Shown: positions 18,010 to 26,691, counted from the stretch's first letter. The stretch is 64,000 nt of DNA from an uncultured Actinomycetes bacterium (GCA_963704005.1 CAVPGJ010000001.1:240345-304344), one strand, 5' to 3'. The notes: generated from the letters alone by a model not told the origin. Program-made: numbers and translations.

Positions 18010-18579
18010 GTGTCGACGCTCTACACCGCCGAGCGCTGTCCCTACGCCGCGCGGGCCCGGATCGCGCTCGCAGAGAAGGGCATCGCCTACGAGGCGGTCG
18101 AGATCGACCTCGACGACCGGCCGGCGTGGATCTACGAGAAGAATCCGCTCGGCCGCGTTCCCGTCTACGAGGAGGAAGGCGGGCTCGTCCTGCCGGAGTC
18201 GCGCGTGATCATGGAATACCTGGAGGAGCGCTACCCCGAGCCTGCGCTGCTTCCCGCGGACCCGGCGGAGCGGGCGCTCGCCCGCCTCTGGCTCGAGCGT
18301 TTCGACGACCGGCTCGGCGGTGCCTACTACGCGGCCCGGCGCGGCGACGGGCGGGAGCGGCTCGACGCGGCGCTCGCCGACCTCGACGGCGCGCTCGAGG
18401 CTCAGCCGTTTCTGAACGGCCGCGAGTACGGGCTGGCGGACATCGGCTACGTGCCCTGGATCCTGCGCGCGATCGACCGCTTCGGCGTCGAGCTCGGACC
18501 CGCGCTCGCGGACTGGCTCGAGCGGCTCCTCTCTCGCCCGGCCGTCGCCGCCGAGCGCGAAGTCGTCGCGGCGCTGTGA
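18010..18579 (+). CDS. glutathione S-transferase family protein
   Basis: Thioredoxin-like N-domain (CPYAARARIAL...NPLGRVPVYEEEG..LPESRVIMEYL) plus a helical C-domain. Confidence 0.8.
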   Translation: MSTLYTAERCPYAARARIALAEKGIAYEAVEIDLDDRPAWIYEKNPLGRVPVYEEEGGLVLPESRVIMEYLEERYPEPALLPADPAERALARLWLERFDDRLGGAYYAARRGDGRERLDAALADLDGALEAQPFLNGREYGLADIGYVPWILRAIDRFGVELGPALADWLERLLSRPAVAAEREVVAAL

Positions 18580-19397
18580 CCGAGTCTCCAAGTAACACGG
18601 TGTTACAAGGTTCGCTCCCGCCCCTCGTGGACGCCGCCTGGGTCGAGGCGCACCTCGGCGAGCCGGACCTGCTGCTCGGCGACTGTCGCGGGCCGAACGC
18701 GCACCAGCGCGGGCACCTGCCGGGCTCGATCCCGCTCGTGCTCGGCTCGCCGCCGCCGCTCGCCGATCGCGGAGACCGTGCGCGAGTTCGCGGTCGAGGT
18801 GCAGCGGCGGCTCGGCCGCCACGGCGTCACCGGCGAGGAGCGGCTCGTCCTCTACGACCGCGGCGACTGCGTCGGCGCCTCCGCGTCGGCCCAGGCCGCG
18901 GAGCTCGCGGGCCATCCGCAGGTGTCCGTGCTCGCCGCGAGGGCTCGCCGGCTGGCCGGGCGACCTCGAGACGGGCGCGGTCGAGCTGCGAGAAGACGAA
19001 GCCGAGCCTCGAGTCGCGGCCCGAGGCGGTGCCGACCTGGCGGGAGCTCCTCGAGCGGCTCGACGACCCCGCCCTGACGATCCTCGACGTGCGCACGCCG
19101 GAGGAGTACTCCGGCCGCGCCGGCTCGCCCTGCGACCCCCGCCAGGCGCACATCCCGGGCGCGCGCCTGCTCGAGGTCGAGCGGCTCTTCGCCGGGCCGG
19201 GCGAGCCGTTGCCGCCTGAGCAGGTTCGCGAGCTGGCCGGGCTGCCGGAGGGCGCGCAGATCGTGGCCTACTGCCACTCCGGTTCCCGTTCGGCGCTGGC
19301 CGCGCTGGCGCTCCGCGCCGCCGGCTACGACGCCCGCAACTACCCGGGCTCGTGGCACGAGTGGTCGCGGCACGAGGAGCTGCCGGCGGAGCGCTGA
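18576..19397 (+). pseudogene. thiosulfate/3-mercaptopyruvate sulfurtransferase (tandem rhodanese), three apparent +1 frameshifts
   Basis: Segments: LPPLVDAAWVEAHLGEPDLLLGDCRG...GHLPGSIPL (phase 0); ETVREFAVEVQRRLGRHGVTGEERLVLYD...QVSVLAA (phase 1); GLAGWPGDLETGAVEL (phase 2); ...WRELLERLDDPALTILDVRTPEEYSG...IVAYCHSGSRSA (active-site Cys loop, phase 0). Shifts are at ~18762-18772, ~18937-18941 and ~18986-18999. The start (18576, 18600 or 18627) is uncertain. Confidence 0.8.
18588..18610. repeat. 23-bp AT-rich palindromic box, copy 1 (CCAAGTAACACGGTGTTACAAGG)
   Basis: Core GTAACAC-G-GTGTTAC is a perfect inverted repeat. It lies 9 nt after the GST stop, at the 5' end of the rhodanese gene. See copies at 39046 and 42733. 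Confidence 0.6.
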
Positions 19398-19410
19398 ACG
19401 CCCCGCCGGC
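19382..19410. terminator. stem-loop between convergent genes (GCCGGCGG-N13-CCGCCGGC)
   Basis: 8-bp GC stem spanning the rhodanese stop codon, 13 nt before the stop of the convergent gene. No U-tract. Confidence 0.3.
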
Positions 19411-19422
19411 AGCCCGTTCGTC

Positions 19423-20574
19423 CTACTTGTGCTTCTTCTTGGGCGGTGCGACCGCGACCTGGGCGCCGGTGATCGGCGCGATCTCCTCGTGGAGACACGG
19501 GATCGGGAGGCCCGTCGGCGACGGCCCCTGGCAGCCGCCGGTCAGCTCCCAGCCGCCGAAGAACGCCTGGTAGAAGGTCTTCTTCTTCGGTCTCGTCCGC
19601 AGGGCCGTGTACGACCCCGAGGCCGGCAGCGCCTTCGTCCGCACCGCCTTGCCCTTGCCCGTGACACCGGTCGCCGAGGGCGTCAGCAGGTTCGGGGCGG
19701 GCTTCGACTTCGTCGAGTAGTAGAGGTCGACCTTGATCCCCTTCGGGTTGAGTCCGGCGACCTTCAGCTTCCCCTTGAACGCGGCCAGCTTGGCCTTCTT
19801 GCTCTTGCCCTTCAGGAAGGTCAAGGAAGCCGGCAGCCCGACGTACGTCTTGTACTCGACGGTGCCGGCCGGGTTCGGCATGGGGGGAGTGCCGGCGTAC
19901 GGCGTGAAATCGGTCGCCCAGCTGTACGCGTTGCTCGCGGGTGCGTTCTTGAAGACGCCGTTGATCGTGTAGTCGGCCAGCCAGAGCTGCGCCTGGAAGG
20001 GCGCCGCGGCGGGAGGCAGCAGGCAGATCTCCTGCACCAGGTACGGGCCGAGCTGGTTGACGAAGGCCGGAACCTGGAGGCTCTGGCCCTGGAGCTGCGT
20101 GTTCAGCACCCAGACCGCAGCCGGCGTCGCCGGGTCGGCCGCGCTCTTGCACTGCGCGTAGGCCGTCACCAGAGCCGGGTCGGCCGGGTTGCCGACGACA
20201 ACGTTGCCCGTCAGCGTCAGGTCGGCCCCGCCGAGCGCGCCGGCCCGGACGTAGGCGAACGCCTTGCCGATCGCCGTGCCGGGCGCCTGCGTGAGTGTGT
20301 TGGTGTAGCCGGCCGGCGAGAAGATCGTGAACTTCGCCGTCGCGTCCGCGGTCGGATCGGCGAAGAACAGAAAGCCGACGTTCGAGGCCGCGCCGACCTT
20401 GTAGCTCGACTGCTGCACCGTCAGCGACGGCGTGAACGCCTGCGGCGAGGGCGCGGCGCCGAGGTGCTGAACGGCGAGCGGCCGCGAGGACGACGCCGGG
20501 AGCGCCGTGGCGGCCAGCGCCAGCCCGGCGGCACCGACGACGGCGATCAGTGACAAGCGGAGTGGTTTCTTCAT
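19423..20574 (-). CDS. secreted hypothetical protein
   Basis: 383 aa. Signal peptide MKKPLRLSLIAVVGAAGLALAATA, Lys-rich C-terminal third with a Cys pair. No family recognised. Confidence 0.65.
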   Translation of the reverse strand: MKKPLRLSLIAVVGAAGLALAATALPASSSRPLAVQHLGAAPSPQAFTPSLTVQQSSYKVGAASNVGFLFFADPTADATAKFTIFSPAGYTNTLTQAPGTAIGKAFAYVRAGALGGADLTLTGNVVVGNPADPALVTAYAQCKSAADPATPAAVWVLNTQLQGQSLQVPAFVNQLGPYLVQEICLLPPAAAPFQAQLWLADYTINGVFKNAPASNAYSWATDFTPYAGTPPMPNPAGTVEYKTYVGLPASLTFLKGKSKKAKLAAFKGKLKVAGLNPKGIKVDLYYSTKSKPAPNLLTPSATGVTGKGKAVRTKALPASGSYTALRTRPKKKTFYQAFFGGWELTGGCQGPSPTGLPIPCLHEEIAPITGAQVAVAPPKKKHK

Positions 20575-20671
20575 TGCCCCTTCTTTCGAGTGGAATCCCC
20601 CTGGGTGAAAAACTGTCGGTGGCTGAGACGTCTGCTGATCCCGATAGTTAACACCCGCACGAGGCCCCTGA

Positions 20672-21880
20672 CTAGCGCGGATTTACGAGCGGGCCGAACA
20701 GCACCCAGAGGTTCTTTCGGTACCGGACCATCTTTGCCTTCGCGATCGGGAAGTAGTTCGTCGGGCTCGTGCGCACGAAGACGCCCGGGAGCAGGAACGG
20801 GTTGTTCCGCTCGTTCATGTGCGTGACCGCGTGCATCAGGCTCGCGCGGGTCGGGTTGCGGCCGGCGTGGCGGAGCGCGTCCACCATCGAGTACGCGACC
20901 GTCATCCCGTACCAGTTGTAGACGTCGGACGGCTTCCCGCCCGGGTCGTAGCGCTTGAGGATCTTCTTGTAGAGCTTGAGCCCCGGGTTCTTGGCCCAGC
21001 GCGGCGAGGTCGGGTCCTTGACGAAGGCGAAGCTGAGCGCGCCGTTCGTCTCCTTGCCGTGCGTGTTCGAGCGGGCGATCGACATGATCGTCGGCTCGAT
21101 CGAGACCGAGCTGACGAAGAAGCGCGGGTGCCAGCCGAGCTTGTACGCGTAGATGAACGACTGGATCGCGTAGTTCGGCAGGGCGAAGAGCATGAACGTG
21201 TCGGCGTGCGAGGCGCGGAGCTTCGCGATCTGCGAATTGACGTCGGTGTCGGTCACCTCGTAGGAGGCCTTGGCGACGATCTGCTTTGCGTGCACGCCGA
21301 GGCCACGCTGGAGGCCGTGCAGGAGGTCGTTGCCGTAGTCGCTGTTCTCGTAGAGGACGGCGATCCTCGCCTTCGGCCGGTGCGCGGCGACGTAACGGCC
21401 GTAGATCGCGCCCTCGCCCGCGAAGCTCGGCAGGTAGCCCATCGTCCAGGGGAACTGCTTGTAGCCGTGACCTACCTCGGCGGCGCCGGTGCCTGCGAAG
21501 ACCTCCGGCACCTTGAGCGCGTTCAGGTAGGCGCGGATCGCGATCGTGTGCTCGGTGCCGATCGTGTTGAAGACCGCGAAGACCTTGTCCTGCTCGACCA
21601 GGCGGCGGGTCTCGGTCAGCGTTCGCGTCGGGTCGTAGCCGTCGTCGCGGTAGACGTACTTGATCTTCCGTCCGAAGACACCGCCGTGGGCGTTGACGTA
21701 CCTGAAGTACGCGGTCGCCGATGGGCCGACGGCGCCGAAGGCCGACGCCTGGCCGCTGAGCGGGACGGTGCCGCCGATCAGGATCTGCGTCGCCGTGACC
21801 CCGGGCGTGCCGGTCGGCGCGCCGGCGGCCGTCACCGTCAGCGCCAGGGCGGCGAGGACAACCGGGCCGAGGGCCTTCAT
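20672..21880 (-). CDS. ABC transporter substrate-binding protein, branched-chain amino acid (LivJ / Peripla_BP_6)-like
   Basis: 402 aa. Signal peptide, then ...ILIGGTVPLSGQASAFG...YFRYVNAHGGVFGRKIKYVYRDDGYDP...VFAVFNTIGT. No permease or ATPase genes are adjacent. Confidence 0.8.
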   Translation of the reverse strand: MKALGPVVLAALALTVTAAGAPTGTPGVTATQILIGGTVPLSGQASAFGAVGPSATAYFRYVNAHGGVFGRKIKYVYRDDGYDPTRTLTETRRLVEQDKVFAVFNTIGTEHTIAIRAYLNALKVPEVFAGTGAAEVGHGYKQFPWTMGYLPSFAGEGAIYGRYVAAHRPKARIAVLYENSDYGNDLLHGLQRGLGVHAKQIVAKASYEVTDTDVNSQIAKLRASHADTFMLFALPNYAIQSFIYAYKLGWHPRFFVSSVSIEPTIMSIARSNTHGKETNGALSFAFVKDPTSPRWAKNPGLKLYKKILKRYDPGGKPSDVYNWYGMTVAYSMVDALRHAGRNPTRASLMHAVTHMNERNNPFLLPGVFVRTSPTNYFPIAKAKMVRYRKNLWVLFGPLVNPR

Positions 21881-23313
21881 CGCGAGATCGGCGTGCGCAG
21901 CACCGGCAGCGTCAGCCGTGCGGGGCCGAGCGTCACCTTCGCTGTCGACGGCATCGGCAGGTCGAGGTAGAGCAGGTTCCCCGAGTTCTGCGCGGTCGAG
22001 CTCGAGGCGAGCGTCAGCGTCAGCCTCGACCCGCGCGGGAGCAGCGTCGCGGTGTTGAGGAGCAGAATCGCGAACTGGTGCTTGCCCTGAAGCGAGGTTG
22101 TGTTGACGCCGCCCTCGCTGACGACGATCGTCTTGCCCTTCGGCGTCCGCGCGGTCACCACGGCGACGATGCGCGACCAGCCGCCGGCGACCTTCGCGGT
22201 GACGCGGACGCTGCCGGCGCCGAACGTCTCGAGCGGCGCGCGCAGCTTGCTGCTCGTGCGCGTGGACTTGCCGATCCCGGTCAGCGTGTTGGTGCCCCCG
22301 AAGACGTGCCGGTAGGGGCGGGTCGGCGGCAGGGCCTTGAAGACGCGCGCCTTGCCGCGCCAGGGATCGGGCGCGACCAGGATCGCGGGAGGCGGCTTGC
22401 CGGGTGTCGGCTGGAAGAGCCAGCGCGTGAACCAGGCCTGGCCGACCGCGAGCACCTCGTTCAGGTCGGGGCCCGGGAAGGTCGACGGCGAGTGGCCGAA
22501 GTCGCCGATGTAGAGCTCCTTCGGTCCGGCCACCCGGCGATAGCCCGCGGTCGCCTGCGAGATGTCGAAGGCGAAGTCGCGGCGGCCCTGGAAGAACAGC
22601 ACCGGCGTGTGCACCTTGGCGAGCGAGCCGCGGCTCGAGCGCTGGGCGGCGAAAGCTCTGAGCGCGGCCTGGTTCTTGCTCGCGAGCGCGTCGTCCTTGA
22701 TCGCCAGCACTGACGGGTCGAGGTGGTCCTGCGGCACCGAGGTGAGGAACTGGTAGATCGCGCCCGACTTGGACAGGTCCTGCGGCGCCAGGGCGCTGTA
22801 GAGGTCGGTCCAGGTCTCGACTGTCTCGACCGCTGCCCAGGGCACGCCGTCGACCAGCGAGCGCAGCACGGCGCCGCCGCCGAGGGAAATCCCCCAGGCG
22901 CCGATCTTCTGCGGGTCGACCCCCGGCTGGGCGGCGAGCCAGTTGAAGACCTCGTGCGTGTCCTGGATCTCACGTGGGCCGTCGATCGACGTGAGCCCCT
23001 CGGACTGGCCGTGGCCCCGCGCGTCGAAGGTGAGGACCTCGAAGGTGCTGGCGAAGTGCTGCGCGATCGCGTCCAGGTCCTGGCGCTTTCCGCCGAGGCC
23101 GTGGAAGAGCACGAGCGCCGGCCGGCCACCGGCGGGTGGGCTCCCGGCAGGCGTGTACAGCGTCGCCGCAAGGTGGACGTTGTCGTCCATCTTCAGCAAC
23201 CACTCCTGCGTCGTGAATGCCGGGGAGCTTGTTCGCGGCGCCGCTGCGCCCGCCACAGCGAGCGCGAGCACGGCGACGGCGACGACTGCGACAACCCGGC
23301 GACCCACGGGCAT
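21877..23313 (-). CDS. secreted alpha/beta hydrolase (CocE/NonD / S15-like) with C-terminal beta-sandwich domain
   Basis: Signal peptide, HGLGG, the nucleophile elbow GISLGG, and FDARGHGQSEG. It has a 4-nt overlap with the SBP gene. Confidence 0.7.
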   Translation of the reverse strand: MPVGRRVVAVVAVAVLALAVAGAAAPRTSSPAFTTQEWLLKMDDNVHLAATLYTPAGSPPAGGRPALVLFHGLGGKRQDLDAIAQHFASTFEVLTFDARGHGQSEGLTSIDGPREIQDTHEVFNWLAAQPGVDPQKIGAWGISLGGGAVLRSLVDGVPWAAVETVETWTDLYSALAPQDLSKSGAIYQFLTSVPQDHLDPSVLAIKDDALASKNQAALRAFAAQRSSRGSLAKVHTPVLFFQGRRDFAFDISQATAGYRRVAGPKELYIGDFGHSPSTFPGPDLNEVLAVGQAWFTRWLFQPTPGKPPPAILVAPDPWRGKARVFKALPPTRPYRHVFGGTNTLTGIGKSTRTSSKLRAPLETFGAGSVRVTAKVAGGWSRIVAVVTARTPKGKTIVVSEGGVNTTSLQGKHQFAILLLNTATLLPRGSRLTLTLASSSTAQNSGNLLYLDLPMPSTAKVTLGPARLTLPVLRTPISR

Positions 23314-23339
23314 CAGCGTAGCTCTCCTAGAATCGGCGT

Positions 23340-24158
23340 GTGGATTCCCGGCCGGTCGGTGTCTTCGACTCGGGCGTGGGCGGCCTGACCGTCCTGCACG
23401 AGTGCCTGGTGACGATGCCGCACGAGGACTTCGTCTACCTGGGCGACCACGCGCGGCTGCCGTACGGGCCGAGGCCGCTGGACGAGATCCGGCGCTTCGC
23501 CCGCGAGATCGCGGTCTACCTCGCGGCGCAGGACGTCAAGCTCGTCCTCGTCGCCTGCAACGCGGCCACCTCGGCGGCGCTGCCGCAGCTCCAGGAGGAG
23601 CTGACCGTGCCGGTCGTCGGCGTGATCACGCCCGAGGCGCACGCGGCGGTGCAGGCGACGCGCAACCGCCGCATCGGCCTGCTCGCGACGCAGGCGACCG
23701 TCGAGGCCGGCCGCTACGCCGAGCTGATCCGGGCGCTCGACGCCGGCGCGCAGCTCGTGCCGGTCGCCTGCCCGCGCCTGGTGCCGCTGATCGAGAGCGA
23801 CGACCCGTTCTCCGCGCAGACGACCGAGGCCGTGCGCGAGTACGCGGCGCCGCTCAAGGAAGCCGGCGTCGACACGGTCATTCTCGGCTGCACGCATTAC
23901 CCGCTGATCCGGCCGATCTTCCAGCGCGTCTTCGGCCGCGGCGTGACGCTCGTCTTCTCGGCCGAGGAGACGGCGCGCGAGGTGGCCGAGACGCTGGCCC
24001 GGAAGGGAATCGAGAACGGCGAGGGCCGCGAGGGCGCCTACCGCTTCCTGACGACGGGCGAGCCGTCGCTCTTCCGCGAGCTGGGCGAGCGCTTCCTCCA
24101 ATTGCCGCTCGGCGACATCGAGCAGGTCGCGGTCGCCGACCTCGAGGCCGTCGCGTGA
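23340..24158 (+). CDS. murI: glutamate racemase
   Basis: VGVFDSGVGGLTV, LVLVACNAATS and VILGCTHYP (the two catalytic Cys motifs). Confidence 0.9.
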   Translation: MDSRPVGVFDSGVGGLTVLHECLVTMPHEDFVYLGDHARLPYGPRPLDEIRRFAREIAVYLAAQDVKLVLVACNAATSAALPQLQEELTVPVVGVITPEAHAAVQATRNRRIGLLATQATVEAGRYAELIRALDAGAQLVPVACPRLVPLIESDDPFSAQTTEAVREYAAPLKEAGVDTVILGCTHYPLIRPIFQRVFGRGVTLVFSAEETAREVAETLARKGIENGEGREGAYRFLTTGEPSLFRELGERFLQLPLGDIEQVAVADLEAVA

Positions 24159-24862
24159 GAGAGGGCCGTAGATCAGACGAGCTTCGTCCGCTCGAGATCG
24201 AGGTCGACTATCTCGAGCAGCCGCTCGGCGCGGTGCTCTACGTGCAGGGCAAGACGCGTGTCCTCTGCACCGCCTCGCTGGAGGAGCGGACGCCGCGCTG
24301 GCTGAGCGACTCGGGCCGGGGCTGGCTGACCGCCGAGTACTCGCTGCTGCCGGCATCGACCGGCGAGCGCACGCAGCGCGAGGCGAGCGCGGGGCGGCAG
24401 AAGGGGCGGACGGTCGAGATCCAGCGGCTGATCGGACGCGCCTTGCGCTCGGTTGCCGACCTGGAGGCGCTGGGCGAGCGGACGCTCTGGCTGGACTGCG
24501 ACGTGCTCCAGGCCGACGGCGGCACCCGCTGCGCGGCGATCTCCGGGGCGTACGTCGCCGCGGCGCGGGCGCTCGACCGGGCCGGGCTCGGGCGCGTGCT
24601 GCGCGACTCGGTCGCGGCCGTCTCGCTCGGGATCGTCGGCGGCGAGCTGCTGCTCGACCTCGACTACGTGGAGGACTCGGGCGCCGAGGTCGACCTGAAC
24701 GTCGTCATGACCGGCGAGGGCCTGCTCGTCGAGGTGCAGGCGACCGCCGAGCGCGCGCCGTTCGCGCGGGAGCAGCTGGACGAGCTGCTCGACCTCGGCG
24801 CCGCCGGGATCGCGACGATCCGGGAGGCGCAGGAGCTGGCCCTCGACGCTGCTCGCGTCTAG
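24155..24862 (+). CDS. rph: ribonuclease PH
   Basis: GTG 24155 (GTGA overlap with murI). ...LRPLEIEVDYLEQPLGAVLYVQGKTRVLCTAS...LTAEYSLLPASTGER...GRTVEIQRLIGRALR...CDVLQADGGTR. Confidence 0.9.
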   Translation: MREGRRSDELRPLEIEVDYLEQPLGAVLYVQGKTRVLCTASLEERTPRWLSDSGRGWLTAEYSLLPASTGERTQREASAGRQKGRTVEIQRLIGRALRSVADLEALGERTLWLDCDVLQADGGTRCAAISGAYVAAARALDRAGLGRVLRDSVAAVSLGIVGGELLLDLDYVEDSGAEVDLNVVMTGEGLLVEVQATAERAPFAREQLDELLDLGAAGIATIREAQELALDAARV

Positions 24863-24872
24863 CCTCTCCTCT

Positions 24873-25448
24873 CTGATTCTCGCTTCGAGAAACGCGAACA
24901 AGCTGCGGGAGCTCTCGGCGCTGCTGGGCCGGCCGCTGGAGCCGCTCGACGCCGACGGGTATCCGGAGGAGGGGAGCGACAGCTATTACGAGAACGCGCG
25001 GGGCAAGGCGGGCTACGGCCACGAGGTCCGGCCGGACGCCTGGGTGCTCGGCGAGGACTCGGGGCTCGAGGTCGAGGCGCTCGGCGGCGCGCCCGGGATC
25101 CACTCGGCCCGCTACGGCGTGGAGGGCGGCGAGGCGATCGAGCGGCTGCTCGGGGAGCTCCGCGGCGTCGAGGACCGCGCCGCGCGCTACGTCTGCGAGC
25201 TCGTGCTGCTCGGGCCGGGCGGCGAGGAGCTGCGCGGCTCGGGCGTGCTCGAGGGCCGGATCGCCGAGGAGCCGCGCGGCTCGGAGGGGTTCGGCTACGA
25301 CCCGGTCTTCGTCCCGGCCGGCGAGGAGCGGACCGTCGCCGAGCTCGGGAACGACTGGAAGTCGCGCAACTCGCACCGGGCCTGCGCGGCCGGAGCTCTG
25401 CTACGCCAGGCCCGCGGCCTCCTCCGCCGGTCGGCGGCGGGCGGCTAG
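24873..25448 (+). CDS. rdgB: dITP/XTP pyrophosphatase (RdgB/HAM1); non-canonical or unresolved start
   Basis: LILASRNANKLRELSALL...EDSGLEVEALGGAPGIHSARY...GFGYDPVF...SHR. The conserved N-terminus begins 11 nt after the rph stop, where only CTG (24873) or ATT (24876) is available in frame. The track ORF (25044) is N-terminally truncated. Confidence 0.8.
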   Translation: MILASRNANKLRELSALLGRPLEPLDADGYPEEGSDSYYENARGKAGYGHEVRPDAWVLGEDSGLEVEALGGAPGIHSARYGVEGGEAIERLLGELRGVEDRAARYVCELVLLGPGGEELRGSGVLEGRIAEEPRGSEGFGYDPVFVPAGEERTVAELGNDWKSRNSHRACAAGALLRQARGLLRRSAAGG

Positions 25449-26219
25449 CCACCAGTTGACCTCGGCGCCGAAGACGATCACGTTCGCCATCACGTAGAGC
25501 CAGACGAGCAGCAGCACCGGCCCGCCGAACGCCTTCAGCGCGAGCACGTTGTCCGAGTAGCGCACGTAGAGCGGCAGCACCTGGAAGCTCGCCTCCAGCG
25601 CGACCGCTGCGAAGACGGCTCCGGGGAGGACGTCGGCGAACGAGTGCTCGACGTTCGTCAGGAAGTAGTAGATAGAGACGAGAAAGACGAAGACGCCGAT
25701 CAGCGAGACCGCGATCGAGAGTCCGTAGGCGACGTACGAGTTGCCGGCGAACCCGGCCGCGTAGCGCTGGAGCAGGTCGAAGCCGAACGATCCGGCGAGC
25801 AGCCCGACGAACAGCGTCACGAGCGAGAGCAGCATCAGCCCGACCGCCAAAAGCTTCCCGCGCAGGAAGGAGCGGTTCGGCTGCCCGTAGACGATGTTCA
25901 TCGCCGACTCGAGCACGCTGAAGAGCGAGAGCGACGCCCAGAGCAGCGCGGCGCCGCCGACGATCCCGAGCGCGGTCGCGTGCTTCCGGACCGCGTCGAC
26001 CGTGTGCACGATGCTCGCGACCGAGCTGTTCGGGAACGCGCGCTTCAGCTCCGTGACCAGGTAGCTCGACTCGTCGGGCCGGCCGGCGAGGCCGAGGAGC
26101 GACACCGTCAGGAAGAGGAGCGGCACGAAGGAGAGCAGCGCGAAGTAGGCGATCATCGCGGCCAGGTGCGGACCGCGGTCGGCGTAGAACTTCCGCACCG
26201 GCTGGGGCAGCGCCCGCAT
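25401..26219 (-). CDS. YihY/BrkB (ribonuclease BN-like) family membrane protein
   Basis: ATG 26217-26219 inside ORF 25401..26510. ...AAMIAYFALLSFVPLL...ALLWASLSLFSVLESAMNIVYG... It has six TMS. Its 3' end overlaps convergent rdgB by 48 nt. Confidence 0.85.
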   Translation of the reverse strand: MRALPQPVRKFYADRGPHLAAMIAYFALLSFVPLLFLTVSLLGLAGRPDESSYLVTELKRAFPNSSVASIVHTVDAVRKHATALGIVGGAALLWASLSLFSVLESAMNIVYGQPNRSFLRGKLLAVGLMLLSLVTLFVGLLAGSFGFDLLQRYAAGFAGNSYVAYGLSIAVSLIGVFVFLVSIYYFLTNVEHSFADVLPGAVFAAVALEASFQVLPLYVRYSDNVLALKAFGGPVLLLVWLYVMANVIVFGAEVNWWLAARRRPAEEAAGLA

Positions 26220-26232
26220 GGCCGGAGTATCA

Positions 26233-26243
26233 CTTGCTAGCGT
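26233..26243 (+). promoter_or_regulatory. candidate -10 region (CTTGCTAGCGT; TAGCGT = TAnnnT) for a leaderless roadblock-gene transcript
   Basis: The TAGCGT hexamer ends 7 nt before ATG 26251. The identical 11-mer recurs at 49254-49264, 6 nt before GTG 49271. Confidence 0.35.
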
Positions 26244-26250
26244 CAGGTAG

Positions 26251-26691
26251 ATGGCCCAGACGCCGGACGCGCTCAGGGAGCTCACCGAGATCTCGACCCA
26301 GATCGAGGCCGCCGTCGTCCTCGACCGCGAGGGGGCGGTGGTCGCCTCGACCCTCGACGACGAGCGGGCCGGAAGGCTGGCCGGCCCCGCGCTCGAGCTG
26401 CTCAGGGCGGCCGAGGAGACCAGGCCTGAAGGCGAGTCGCTGGTCCAGCTCGACGTCGCGCTTCGAGACGGCGTCGTCTTCCTCGTCGCGGACGGCGACC
26501 GCGTGATCACGGCGACGACCGGGCCGGAGCCGACCGCAGGTCTCGTCTTTTACGACCTGAAGAGCTGCCTGCGCGCGCTCGGCGGCGAGGAGAAGCCCAA
26601 GCCCGACGCCAAGCCGAGGGCGAAACGGGCGCCGGCCAAGAAGGCCCCGGCGGCCCGCACGCGCAAGAAGGCGGACGATGCGGGGACGTAG
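26251..26691 (+). CDS. roadblock/LC7 (MglB-like) domain protein with Lys/Pro/Ala-rich basic tail
   Basis: 146 aa. L.EL..I...IEAAVVLDREGAVVAS...VFLVADGDRVITATT, then the tail KPKPDAKPRAKRAPAKKAPAARTRKK. Confidence 0.65.
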   Translation: MAQTPDALRELTEISTQIEAAVVLDREGAVVASTLDDERAGRLAGPALELLRAAEETRPEGESLVQLDVALRDGVVFLVADGDRVITATTGPEPTAGLVFYDLKSCLRALGGEEKPKPDAKPRAKRAPAKKAPAARTRKKADDAGT

